The translations under genes and the position numbers were made by a program. A stretch of 59,134 nucleotides of DNA, the filler included, from Sphacelaria rigidula (lineage: Eukaryota): assembly GCA_964200075.2 (NCBI GenBank). It is 5 parts of 5 records of this genome, joined end to end, with 100 filler letters (N's around TTAATTAATTAA, not from the genome) between each part and the next. Parts side by side here need not be neighbours in the genome. Positions count along the whole stretch, not along the records: positions 11,849 to 23,595 come from CAXNAA020004556.1; positions 23,696 to 35,442 come from CAXNAA020004557.1; 3 more parts are not named here. One strand, 5' to 3'. This document shows positions 11,749-24,099 of this stretch, one piece after another; positions within the stretch are counted from its first letter, which is position 1, and every line of letters starts with the position of its first letter. Below the pieces are notes generated by a model. The model was not told where the DNA came from and did no database searches. It saw nothing but the letters and a program-made list of their open reading frames with translations.

Positions 11749-11848
11749 NNNNNNNNNNNNNNNNNNNNNNNNNNNNNNNNNNNNNNNNNNNNTTAATTAA
11801 TTAANNNNNNNNNNNNNNNNNNNNNNNNNNNNNNNNNNNNNNNNNNNN
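11749..11848. other. Artificial contig-joining spacer (N44-TTAATTAATTAA-N44)
   Basis: Exactly 100 bp with a six-frame stop linker; repeated identically at 23596, 35443 and 47289. Confidence 0.98.
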
Positions 11849-13890
11849 CTTTCCGTGCCGCCGGGGGTGCTGCGACACTGCCCTGTACAGTACTGGGTGT
11901 GTTTACAGCAGTTTGGGGTAATCTCGACTGCAGACTCACGTCATGCACAACATCGCACTCATGCACGTTCCGACAGCACCATCCCGCCCTTTGAAAAATC
12001 GGTAAAGGCGACGCAGACGCAATGTGCCCTGCAGTTATCCACCTCACTGTGGTGTAGAGTCTGCCAAGTGCCGTCGCCCCAGGGGTGATACATTACTGCT
12101 TCGTCTCATGTCTGTATTGTATTTTGAAAATATCTCTGTAAAACGCGGGGCATGCACAGAACTGCGCTCTGCCAAGTACGTGCCGACAACATCATACTTC
12201 GGGCTGACTATTACACAACGACGTAGCGAAAGGCACGGTTGCTCCACCACATCTATACCGCGGGTTGATCGTTCCCGACCGTTGCATAGACATACTTCAT
12301 GCTGCATGAGATTCATGACGCCGGCTACCGCTATCGTCTCGTGCAATCTACTCTCGTGGCCGACTTTTCACGACATGCCCATATTTATCTTGCACGGAGT
12401 GTAGCCGCAAGTCAATACTGTAACCTACTGTATTTACTGACTGTAGTGTTTTTCATCTGGCCTGATTAAGGTAGGCGGTGTCCGTCGGCTCCCTCCCGTG
12501 TACACGTATATCGCCTGTTCGGACGCCTGCGATTACGCGCGCCATGTACCGCCCGCACAACCCACTGTGCCTTCCACATGTGGTGACGGGATTTCGCTCG
12601 GTTCAGCCATATTGTGCTGTATGTACGGTGTGGCTTGGCAAACTCGCCACCCGATGCTGCAGCCCGTCAAAGCGGCGCCTCCCTCATGTACAAATGCTAA
12701 GATACAAACGTGACAGGTTGGACCCTGGAGCCCATTGCTATTTTTTGAATGGAATGTTTCATAGTGGTTTTGCTATTTATTGTCGATGGATGTAATTGGA
12801 CACACTTCATCCGTCGCGTGGTTTGATTGGACAAACCTTACCCAAATTCTCCATGGAGGACATTCTTCTTCGGGCTTCCATTATAAAAATGGTTGCCGTC
12901 GGCCTATTCCGTTCCCATGTTTTCCTCTTCGTCAGGACTTCTCATAATAGGGCGTTTGGCCAGGGGACAGGAGGGGAGGATTCCAAAAGGGTTAAGGCCG
13001 TAGCGGTGGCGCTATGAGCGAAAATGTGTCTGAGCCAATTAGCGCCCTTCAAACTGTTCCGAGATTTAAATTACGAATACCAAGCCCAATTTTCACCCAA
13101 TCTCTACATGCTTCACATCGTAGTAACCGTCGTCGACACGGGAATCTAACGAGAAAAATATGTTTTTAAAACGGTTACTACGGGGGTCGAATCATACCCG
13201 AAACTGTGATGTTTCGGTGATGTCGGGTGTTGGCGTCGTCTAATTTCCACTAATGTTTCCTCCGGTCTCTACCGGCTTTCGGGGGGCCCAGCATGAAGGC
13301 CCCCAGAAGGCGGCACAGAATGCCCTAAAAGAAAAATAATGAAATGATGCGTTCCGGGAGAGTCCAAGGAACACATGAACAAAGTTTGGTGAAGAAACTT
13401 GAAAACTTCATACAGTTTTTCTTGCCTTGACGTCAAATTTACCCCAAAAGACGTTTCCAAACTAAAATCAAGTAGTTAGGAATTGCACGTTTCACGCCCA
13501 CGTCCTCCACAAACGCGCAAACTTTCACGCTGTCAGTACGAGTTAGATCCTGAAACTTCGCATTAATATGCCATGTATCATTACGCAACTTTCTACAGAC
13601 GATGTTTTCAGCATTTCTTGAGTTTTCACCGTTTTTCGGGGGTCCGACGGGATCAAAGTCGTTCTCGAAGTAGTCTCCATTTCGGGACCCCAGAAAAACG
13701 GCACCACGATATTTCTTTTCATTCGCAAACCATTTGCCTCCGCATAACCCAAGGATGAGCTCCACGAATTTTCCTAGCAAAATTCGATCAACTGATGCTT
13801 GAATTTCCATGTTAACGTCAAAGAAGGCCCAAAAACGCCGTTTGGTACTAAAATCAAGTAGTTTGCGGTTTCACCGCGGCACGGCAAAGT

Positions 13891-14195
13891 TCATCGCACA
13901 AAAGCGAAAAACCTCACGCCGTTTGAAGGAGTTAGACGCTGAATTTTTGCACGAATATTCTATGGGTAACAGCAATTTTTTACGGTTGGGTTCTTTTATT
14001 TCATTCTTTGTTGTCGTTTTACGGGGGTCCGATTGGTTCGAGGTTTCCCCCCGAAATTTGGGACCCCCGAAAAACTGTGAAAAAAGTCAGAAAGTGCAAA
14101 AACCCCAACCGTCAAAAGTGCGGTAATACCCATAAAACATTCGTGCAAAATTTCAGGGTCTAACCCCTTCAAACGGCGTGAGGTTTTGCCGATGA
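13891..14195. repeat. ~300-bp imperfect palindrome (foldback/MITE-like)
   Basis: AAAACCTCACGCCGTTTGAAGGAGTTAGACGCTGAATTTTTGCACGAAT... is mirrored by ...ATTCGTGCAAAATTTCAGGGTCTAACCCCTTCAAACGGCGTGAGGTTTT. Confidence 0.8.
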
Positions 14196-14699
14196 GTGTT
14201 TTTTGGGTGATCACCGTTAACCAGCCTGTAGGCGACGAACAAAAAACAGAAACGATACGAATTACCAACCTGTCGAGTCCACAATGAAAACCCCGGAAAA
14301 ACTTCATGATAATGATGAGAGACAAAAAGCCGGAGGAACTTCGTGTTATTCCGGACACCCTCACGACTGTTTGCGCTACTACAACTATGTGGTAACGGGC
14401 CAAAAGACTATGTGCTGCAAATAGCTGAGCCGTAGATCACCGTCAAATATCAACTAAGAAGCTAGACTGTTTGAAGGCAGTGCAAAGCGACCGAGAGCTG
14501 TCAGTTAACCGGCCAGAATGTGCCGATGGGACACGTCCCGGTAGGAAGGCTAGACGAAAGAGTGCCGGCAAACCTGGTTGAATGCAAAACGAATTCGGTG
14601 TAAAACGCTGGAGTACTAGGTAAATATGTACTGTCCGTAGGGGACCACTTCACAAAAAACTCTTTTCGAGAGAGCCTTTACATCATTAGGCATACCGGG

Positions 14700-15360
14700 A
14701 AAGCTGCGTTCAAATTAAAGAACCGAAATCAGAAACATATGCACGGCAACAGGAGCAGGGTTTCAGTAAACCTCGCACGGCACTTTTACACCCGCAGAGT
14801 AACTCAGTGTCGGAACGGATCCACTCCACTCTGCTCGCGATGTTAGCTAGGCTTAGGTCAATTGGAAACAAAAATCGGGCACCCATACCTCCGTTTATCC
14901 AAATGGTGTACAACACATCCTATCACAGTACAGTAGAGGAGATACCATATTTTTCATTATTCAGAAGAAAGCCCAGATTGCCATTTGACATGATTCTAGG
15001 CATACCGGAGGAGAGTCAAACGACAACATCCGAAGAATTTTCCACAGAAACACGGGAAAACCTACAGTTTGGATTTGGAATTGCGAGACAAGCCCTGCGA
15101 GAAGAGCGAACGAGCAAGAAAACAAGAACAAATTCAAATCTTTCACGGTGTTCAAACACCGTCAAAAGGTACTCTTGTACCCACCACATCAGGACTCGAG
15201 AAGGCCGAGCCGGAAACTCCAATTTACATGGAGAGGACCTTTCACGGTAACCGAGAGACGATCGCCGATTGCGTACATAATCAAAATAGGCGACGACTCT
15301 AGAGAAACGTCAGTACACCTCGCTCATTTGAAGAAATATCAACGGCGAGAAACAGCGCCG
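14700..15360 (+). pseudogene. Decayed Ty3/Gypsy integrase C-terminal half
   Basis: SERIHSTLLAML...YNTSYHSTVEEIPYFSLFRRKPRLPFD, then after a frameshift KLQFTWRGPFTV...VHLAHLKKY (GPF motif). Confidence 0.85.
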
Positions 15361-16616
15361 TCACCGGACTTTGACAAAGGGTTGGCTGAACGCTCACACC
15401 CAATCTCGGAATCCAAACTACAGGGAAACGGAAACGGATGTGACTGTTTAACAGACTGTTTGAGCGTCCTAGCAAAACGCTCGAAGGTTGAGCAGTAACC
15501 TGAGGTCAAAATTCGAAGATTAATGAGACTCAAAAGCTACAGCCCAACAGTTGACCTAAGCTATCGAGCTGACGAAATAACACAAAGTAGACACCTCCTC
15601 GATATATACCGTCATGACATCGGGTTAGCAAAGCGCTCACATCCGGAGTCGAACCCCCCCCAAAAATACCGGGAAACGGAAACGGATGTGACTGTTCAAC
15701 AGACTGTCAGAGCGTCCTAGCAACACGCTCAAGGGTTGAGCAGTAGCCCGGGTCACAATTCGGAGATCAAGGAGAGTCGCAAGAGAAGAAAACAAAGAAA
15801 CAACGTTAGAACAATGCAGACATGAACGGAAACATATCTTACATGTCAACGGTGACCGGAATGCAACTTCCCAAGGAAGGTAGCCTCCCAGCAATAGGGG
15901 TAGTGCTGATAATTTTGACGATGTTTGTACAAAAAAGCACAATGCTCACAGGCCGAAAACACCGTATTCACCGCTGTTAGCTTTCTTACTAACACGAAGA
16001 CGTTGTACTATTACGGTGTCAATGGAACCGAAGATATCCCAGAACCCGAACATGAAAAACCCAGGCGCCCGAGGACCAATCAGCGTCCCAGTGCCCAGGC
16101 AGGGAGAAACAGCCGATGCAGCCTGCACCAAAATGCAACGCATCTGGTGGATTATCACATGGGACACACGTATATGCCACAAAATTATATGAAGCAAAGA
16201 ACACGTAGATGTTTCACCAAAGAGCACAATGCTCGCAAGATAAACATTAGACCCACCGCTTTGGTACTAACGCGAAGACTTTGTCCTATACTCCGGTGTC
16301 AGTGAACCGAAGGTATCCCAACAGCACCCAAGTGAAAAAAACATCTGATGGAAACATGTCACATATGACAACTGCATGACAGAAAACCAAAATAAAAGGG
16401 TTTGCAGTACATGCACTATTACAGACCACAGGTAGCTACAATTTACTGGGGGTGTTTGCTCAATACCACAGTATAGAGAAGGGCTACCTTTGCGAGTAGT
16501 GGTGGCGTGACTCAATCAATGATAGTCACTCAAATATATTTTCACGATTATATCATCAGCGAGGCTGATGATCGCCTCGTCCCACCAGCCATAGACTCAA
16601 TGGGCTTGAGGCGCAT

Positions 16617-17028
16617 AAAGGGGGGGGATATGTAGCGAATATCTCTTTGCAGTGACGTATCAGAGAACTTATGCAGACCCAGCGCAAGCAGGAACAAGGT
16701 AAGAACGTTCCGCAAGGACGAGATCACCGAGGACCCTGTAATGCCGACGTCACTGGACAACTCGGGGTGATGCCAGGAAGAGCCTAATATTAGGACGGTC
16801 CAACATCCCCCGAGGTCTGGGTCGCGCCTGGCGCCCACTTCTCGTCTGACCGCACTTCTTGCCTACATATACAAGAGGAAGTCATCGCCAGCCTCGGAGG
16901 TCTCTAACCACTCTAGCGATACGCTTTCCCCACACCTTGTGTAGACGGTCGAACCCTTATCTGTGTCTCTGCCGGTGGTGTGACGCGAGCGCCGTCCTCT
17001 CCCATAGCACTGGAGGTCAGGTTTCACA
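16617..17028 (+). mobile_element. Polypurine tract and probable 3' LTR of the contig-2 Gypsy relic
   Basis: AAAGGGGGGGGATA immediately followed by TGTAGCG (16631); candidate end ...TTTCACA at 17028 is uncertain. Confidence 0.5.
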
Positions 17029-18118
17029 GGGGGGAGTGGTATTCACCCAAGGTGGCACGTATTCTGCCATAACTCCTTGCATGAAGCACTGTCGTCATTG
17101 CAATCCGCGAGAGGAATTAATTGCCTATGTATATATCAACATACCTTGACCCTTCACGCGCATGCTCCTCCCGCCTGGGCGATGCTGTCTGGGCCGCTGC
17201 TGCATGCACAGCATATGCGAACCGCCTTGGCGAAATCGGGATACTGGCCATCATCCACAGTTTTTGGCGGAGGCGTTTCAAATACTATGGAAAAAAAACA
17301 AATTCCCCGGCGCAACACTGGGGTGCTGGTGATGTGAAACTTAGAACGCAAGTGTGTTCACTTATGCATGACCTTGCGGTGCACGCATTTCTGGGCAGCG
17401 GGGAAGCTTGCCACCGCAGCGGTTGATATCCCTGAGTAGGACATCGACGTGTCGCGAGAAGCACACGGCAGTGACACAGGCGAATAGTAGAACTCATTTT
17501 CAATCAATGGTAGAACTCTCCATGTCACGAAAACATTGTTCAAGGTCGTGTGCTGTGGGATATACACGGGAGTGGGGGATTTACCACGGCCTTGTACACC
17601 ATATCCGAATGTGTATCGAACATTCAAGTATGGTTGTTAGGCGGAGCGGAGTATCGAGCCGCGCTTAGAACACTCTAGGTGTGATGCGGAAGGGTATTCG
17701 CCGATGGAATACCTTTTGCGTACCTCTGTATAAACCCACAAGTGTCGGCCGGTATACCGTACAGAGGACAACCTGGCAATTTCCTTTACCCGTCGTACGA
17801 TCGGAAGGCCCCACGGGGCGGAATTCTTGCGCAATTCTCATCGTGCCCACAGAGGCATCACCATATACCTTTGCCTCGCCGTGTACCTAATGGAGCATAT
17901 ATCTCTCACAAGTTAACCTGATGTCCCCCGGTAGCTTCCCCTCCTCATCCTCAACATACTGCTCGCTCTCTTCCTTTCGTCCCTCCAAGGCTGGACACTC
18001 CTTTCATATGTCTGTGCTGTCCTCTCATGTCTCCGATTCCCATACACTCCTCCAGTTCCTTCGCATACACATCCAGGTAACTGTCCACCGCAGCTTGAGT
18101 GCCCTCTTGTAGTGTGCC

Positions 18119-18438
18119 GCGCCCGGATGGTGTAACGGTCCGACTGTCGCCATTAGGGTGGAGAGAACGAGGGTTCGATTCTCGACTCGTTGGGTTTTTC
18201 TCCGTAATATCTGTAATATCTAATTTCCACCGTGGGAAGCGTGAGGATGCGAGTAAACACAGTGGTCGACTGAGATTGTTCGACGTGTGTTGACGCGGTC
18301 CGGGAGTGCTAATAGTCATGACCCAATTCGCGAGACCAAAATACAAGGCGTGTACGGGGGGAGAGATGGGTTGATCTCTTGAGACCACGGACTCGTCCCG
18401 AGGAAGGGGAGGAGGGGTTCAAAGTGCGACAAAAAATA
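18119..18438 (+). mobile_element. tRNA-derived SINE, full length (head resembles tRNA-Pro AGG)
   Basis: A box TGGTGTAACGG, TTAGGGT loop, B box GGTTCGATTCT, A-rich tail; second full copy at 10306. Confidence 0.85.
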
Positions 18439-18867
18439 TGTCCTGCACGCTGCTTGCGAGGTGCGCCATATTGGAGGTTATCTCTCTGTCCCACTCGCAC
18501 CGTCAACCTCGCCCTTTCCCTCTCATGTCAGGCCTACTCCGTCTCCGTGGGGATGCCAGCACCCTCGAGTCAACCCGGTATACGCGGCTTTCGTGTCTGA
18601 CGGGGCACCACCTTCTCAGCGGAGCTCAGGAGTGTGTCGTCCAAGTTCGCGGCCATTGCACTGACTGTATGGCCATTTCTAGTCTGCTTGAGCTTGTTGA
18701 TGATGAGCTCGGCGAGTTGCTCATGTCCGTCGGTATCAGATATTAATTTTAGACCTGTCGGTCGGTTTGCACCCAGTGACGGCTTGCCAAGGTCTCTTGC
18801 GTGTGAAGCGACCGAGGAGCCGTAGCGCGATTGTTTACGTTCCAAGTAGTCGTAGTGCCGCACGAAT

Positions 18868-19087
18868 CACACGTCTTGACGAATCGCATGATTGATTCGT
18901 GCCGAAGTTGAATACGGACAAACCATAATTTTCCTCGTTCGATCTGTGAACAGTTTTACTTGTGGGAACAAAATTACACCCAATTTCTGAGGTCTGAGGT
19001 CTGAAGTCCCGTGTCTTTTTTGGTAGAAAAACGTAGCGTACTGGTGGACTCCAGACTTGGGAGTCATTTATGTTCCTCGTACACGTG
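18868..19087. mobile_element. ~220-bp MITE-like insertion with CAC...GTG ends
   Basis: Splits the LINE motif HNI|RAALRLLG; AAT on both flanks; TIR is imperfect. Confidence 0.45.
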
Positions 19088-20099
19088 AATATTGTGACCA
19101 TGATTGGGTCCGTAGCGGGTCGGTTTGGTGTGAGACGGTCAGACAATTGGTCACGGTCACTGGGTTTTGATTTCCGTGCAATTGGACACCCTGTTCGAAA
19201 AATCCGGCAACTCTCTCCTTGTCTCGTCGCACCCCCGTGCAGAAACTACAACATCGCGGATACTGTCGGCATAGGTGCTGGCGCTAGTAGCCATGACTGT
19301 TGTCACTGTCCTTGGTTGGCGTCCCCCACCCGGAGTACAGGGCCCGCCGGCAGACAATCACCGCTAGCAGTATCAGGTGAAGGCATCTATTCTCTTCTTC
19401 CCTTCATTCTCGAGGCAGAACGAACCAGAACAAAAGCAGTTTTGTCGGTCGTATTTTCATTTCATGAGGGCTGAAAGATGTCTTTTCGTCCATGTTGTTT
19501 TCCCATGTTTTTTGAGACTGTGGGTACTGCTTAGGGTGCATGACTTGTGTAGGTGTGGTGCAAACACATTCTGCCTCGCGGGTCCTCTTGCCGGCCCTTG
19601 GGATACCAGTTGAATGGTTCAGAAATTGACCAGGTGACTACAGCAGACTAGGGTACGGAGACTGCTCAGATCTAAGGTGTTCTGTGCTACTCTGAGACTC
19701 TATTTCAGTCGATGCCCCAGGTACCATCAGGTACTCAGTACCTCGAATACCCAGGGAAATCCATAGTGCTTCGGGGTGATGCGTACCCTCCCGTGGCTTA
19801 TCCTATGCCTCCACGTGACTGAGAATGCCATAGAAAGGTGCGTCGTTGGAAAATGATATTTTCGGTATTTTTCTATTCACGTTTCGATCGGTGAATGTTG
19901 TTCAACGTATTTTGTATAACCAATCCCTCTCCCGAGCGCTAGCCCTAGCCCTACATAAGAACCGTACGCACAGCGCTAGGAAAATTTCGATAACAGCATG
20001 CGTAGTGCTCGTGATCAAAAGCGAGGTGATCAGCCTGTGCTGTTAAGGTTACCGGTGAGGCGTGGCTCCGGAGGAGTTTACCGCCTTTTGGGGGACGTC

Positions 20100-20190
20100 T
20101 ATGTACTCATGTACTCATGATCCTGCATGCCGTGGTCATACACCACTGACCTCGCATCCCTGCAAAGCCGGGGCGGAAAGTGCCGGGTTT
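20100..20190 (-). mobile_element. Family B retroposon 3' fragment
   Basis: GTACTCATGATCCTGCATGCCGTGGTCA...GACCTCGCATCCCTGCAAAGCCGGG is the reverse complement of the family B tail. Confidence 0.6.
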
Positions 20191-20899
20191 CCGCGTTTTG
20201 GGGCGCGCGCGGGGGGGTAAAGGATGTTGCTTTTCCCAGAAAGTCATGGCTGTGGCCACGAATGTCGTCGGCACATGGCCTTCCCCAACAACCCAACGCC
20301 CATTGTTGATCCTCCACGGTACCCCTTGCGTTGCGTCGCGTTTCCCACGCTCCCCGGTCCTGACCTGCGCACAACTCTGCTGTGTACCGCGTTGTTTGTG
20401 CTGCGTCGTGCCTCTTCGTTTCGTGTTGATGCACGCCATGGCCATGTTCGAACGTGAAACGACCACTTGGTGAACTGGCATCGGCATCGTTAATCCCGCG
20501 CGTTCCCGTGTGGCATGCTCGTTACGGTATGGTCCGTATGGCATCGTCGATGTGGTACTACGTCCCTAATGCAGCGGCGCTGAGAGGAGGTGGGAAGGGT
20601 GGTTCACCAGTCGCCCTTCCGACCAAGCCTACGAGCTTCCAAGGCATGGTGAGTGCCCAGCCCAGCTGTGTATTGCGGACGGCGCCTTAACGAAGCGGAA
20701 CGAGCCGTCGCACTTTCCGTCACTGGTAGAACATGTGGCACACAGCTTAGAGTCAATACGTTGAATGACACCCCCGAATCAAACTCTAGGGCGACGAGCT
20801 TTTTTTTCGCCTACTCTTGGAAAACAACGATATGTATTCTCCTGTACCGTGGTATGTTGTGCTCGCCATGTCGTGAGTCACTCCAGAGTGACGATTTTT

Positions 20900-21167
20900 C
20901 AAGGGTCGGATGAGTAATTAAATGTCCCAAAACCACTTGCTCCTAGTGTGAGTGATTCGTAACGTACGAATCAATCCTCGGGCTTCGTTTTCAGTGTTGC
21001 ACCCCAGGTGCGCGTACCCCACGTAGGCACGTAAAAGACTGCAAAATCTGCGCCGAAACGGTCTTGATTCGCGGTTGACTCTTCCACTCTGCGAGTATTT
21101 TTGATCATCAAGACGTCCGAAACCGCAGATTGTTGATTCGAACAAGCGAGGATTTGTCCAGCTCTTG
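20900..21167. mobile_element. hAT-type MITE, diverged, reverse orientation
   Basis: CAAGGGTCGGATGAGT ... ATTTGTCCAGCTCTTG ends; body similar to the 3926 and 6300 copies. Confidence 0.6.
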
Positions 21168-21540
21168 CACGTTTTGGGGTCCCACAATTTTTTTTGCCCC
21201 TTACGGCTGCTGTTTGATGGTAATTTCCGTCCCGTATCATATCTTGGATGGCAAAGTAGTCGGTCATGTCGAGCCCCCGGGTACGCCAAATGCGGAAGTT
21301 CCGTTTTCTACTTGATGATGCCAAGGCACCCACGTTCCTGCCTTGAAGATTCTAGAATAGTCGCAGTGGAACTGTTCTGATCCAAAACTGCATGCACCCA
21401 CTTTTTTAGTCGTGGGGTGGTAGTTGGAAGCAGGGGCAATAGGGCCACACACCATACCTCGATCAATAAACAGTTTCGTGGTGCACTGCCTCAAAGACTA
21501 CTTCACACACACATGTTGCTTCGCTCGTCGTGAGTTTCAA

Positions 21541-21627
21541 GTCAACTCGCTCTCCCCCGGTATGTGCCTGGCATTTTCGGTATCGCGGATTGGATCATGA
21601 CCATCAGTAATCTCCCATCGCGTCGGC
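21541..21627 (-). mobile_element. Internal fragment of the tRNA-derived SINE
   Basis: Reverse complement matches the SINE core GTCATGATCCAATCCGCGA...CCGGGGGAGAG. Confidence 0.6.
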
Positions 21628-23245
21628 TCTCACCACAAGTTGTTTACCCTTCACGTCTTTACGGTTTCGACGACGGAACATCGGATACAGCACTCCTCCA
21701 CAACCTACCGCACCCCACTCAGATACCGTTCCTGTGCCCGAAACCCGATGATTGTACACGCGGTACACACGCATGTACACGAACATAGGTTTACTCTCTA
21801 TGGATCCCATACGAGAACGATTTGCACTCATACTGCACATAGGTGCACGTACTGTATACTCCTGTATCTGCACTCGGCGACGGTCTTGTTTTGGTGATAT
21901 TACCGATGTTGCCGAGAACCCACTGCCCGCTGCAATACAAGCAGCGTTCCGTAGGCCTTGCCGCCATGGGCTCCTCTCCTGGGTTCTATGTCCCAGGGTC
22001 CCCTCCACCTGATGAGCGCCAAAGCTCTCCAAGAGGGTTCTCAAGGAGGGCTCTCTAGGGGGTGCGGACGGCTTGAAATGGTTTCATTGTCCGAGATCGC
22101 CTCCAAACTAGCTCTGATTGATACTAGTTGATTTGAGTGTGAACACCATATACGGATCCTTGATGAGACTGACAGACCCCGGTACTCCTAGAGTGCGCAA
22201 AACGCGTTTTTGTCCAACTCAGCGCCACATTGGCCAATGCACAGTTTGCCTGGGGCACCCTTCGCCACTCTCGCTTGCCCGAGGGTTCTCGGTATGCCTT
22301 GAATTGGGGTTTGGGGTAAAGGTCAGCGTTATTTCCAAAATATGTCGACCATAGATACTGTTTGGAGGTGTGCGGGGACAAACCTACTTCATTCAAATGG
22401 TTTTTTTCGATCGCTAACGTGCCGTGCTGCTGGTTGTGTCATGAGTCAATTGAAAACGTTTTTCCCGGAGGTACAACAGTATGTCAACCGACAGAAGGTG
22501 TCTGCCATTCTGTGACTGCTGGCGGAGCGGTAGCCAGTCGAGATGTCGACGATGCTTTTTTCATGAATATGCGTTTTCCCGCACCGCGTTGAGTTTGTAC
22601 TTGTTTTTCGCACGTGGCTAATGCCCGTCTTCCCGCTTACTTCCGTGTGTTCTTGTGTGTACATGTTGTTTCCGGTGGCAGTTAACCGCTACCAGGCCGT
22701 GGACTTGGACTGCAGGCGTTATTCCGGTACTGCTTACCGCTGCTCTACTGAGCAAGGTGGAAGGTGCGTCCTTGATGATGCGGATGTTGTGTTAGGAGGG
22801 TGTGGTGTCTTGCTAACGCTTGATCGTTGCGGTGGTTTTTGCCGATTTAGAGAGTCTCTTTTCACTCGTAGGTCCGAATGCTGCAAGCGTAATTGAATGC
22901 CTTGGTCGTATTCATTTCTTCTGGATATTGGAGTACACTTTGGTACGTTGTCGTACACTTGGTGCGTTGTCTTGCTGGAGCTGGGCACTCTCTCAGCCCG
23001 CTTCTCAACCCGCTTGTCGTCACATCCGTGCTTAGTCCGGCAGACGTTCGAAACCCCTCTTTCACCGTTTTCCTTGGGGTGACACGGCTTGCGTCGAGGG
23101 TGAAGTATTTCACCTCTTGTGTCACGGTCACCAATCACCCCATTCACCCCACTCACCCCATTCACCCCACTCACCCCATTAGAGACGGGTCGTTATGAGG
23201 GCTACACCTGAGAGTGTGTGGTGTATTCGTACACGCCGTCTTGAG

Positions 23246-23246
<1 letters not shown>

Positions 23247-23309
<63 letters not shown>

Positions 23310-23310
23310 G
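23247..23310. repeat. (GTT)n microsatellite
   Basis: Direct reading. Confidence 0.95.
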
Positions 23311-23595
23311 GAACTGTTTTTTTTAACCATCATGTCAAAACCATCGTACCAGCCCTTTTGTTCATACCCGCGGTCGAGAAGGAGATCCTCGGGCAACCAA
23401 CCACGCATAATCATCGTCGCTGACTCCTCTGCCGTGGGAGTACTGGACATCACTGCAGTAGCGAGCTCCAGTCGGTACTTTCCCACGCTTTATCACAGGT
23501 ATACACCATCGGCATAAATGACTTGGACAGTACAACAGTGACTTGTCTATCCATTGTTGTTGTTGTTGTTGTTGTTGTTGTCTTCACATTAAAAG

Positions 23596-23695
23596 NNNNN
23601 NNNNNNNNNNNNNNNNNNNNNNNNNNNNNNNNNNNNNNNTTAATTAATTAANNNNNNNNNNNNNNNNNNNNNNNNNNNNNNNNNNNNNNNNNNNN
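23596..23695. other. Artificial contig-joining spacer
   Basis: Same 100-bp N/TTAATTAATTAA/N structure. Confidence 0.98.
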
Positions 23696-23835
23696 ACGAA
23701 GATTTTAATCCTCCGGGTTCTCATCCTCAATGAAAAGCACCATCCTCAACATAGATGATCGGCTGTTCAGAGTACAAACCTGGGGTGTCTATCGACTGCT
23801 GGAAATTCTGAGTATTCCAACAACAACGTACTATT

Positions 23836-24056
23836 GCCCTGAACTCTGTACCCTACCTCGAACCCTGGACATTACCCTGATCCCTGAGCTCTATCCTAAA
23901 CCCTATGCTGGCCTAAACCCTATCTTGCGCTGACCCCTGTCTGCCCCTGAGCCTTATCGTGTCCTGGACCATGTCTTGCCCTGAACCCTATCTTGCCCTG
24001 AGTCCTATCTTGCCCTATACCCTCTCCTGCCCCAAACCCTGATCTCAACCTCAACC
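23836..24056. repeat. Degenerate ~17-bp minisatellite (CCCTGAACCCTATCTTG-like)
   Basis: Recurrent CCCT(G/A)A..CCCTATCTTG units upstream of the exon acceptor. Confidence 0.65.
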
Positions 24057-24099
24057 ATCTCTGCACCAACTGTTCGATCCCGCATACGCACAAACACAG

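Larger units (their letters stand above)
17890..19170 (-). pseudogene. Decayed RTE-like LINE ORF fragment (endonuclease end and linker), interrupted by a SINE and a second insertion
   Basis: Minus-strand pieces HGHNI(I)RAALRLLG (decayed SDHN motif), TLLSSAEKVVPRQTRKPRIPG*, AAVDSYLDVYAKELEE..GDMRG, QYVEDEEGKL, in the order expected for RTE-clade ORFs; stops and frameshifts present. Confidence 0.65.

Noticed and set aside
11793..11804. TTAATTAATTAA as a biological motif
   Set aside because: Identical six-frame stop linker inside N runs at four places; an assembly artefact.
22000..22095. Hammerhead ribozyme (CTGATGA 22009, GAAA 22075); also CTGATGA at 6718, 55354 and 58473
   Set aside because: Stems I and II pair poorly or GAAA is absent; at best a decayed relic. 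An Infernal search would be needed to revive it.
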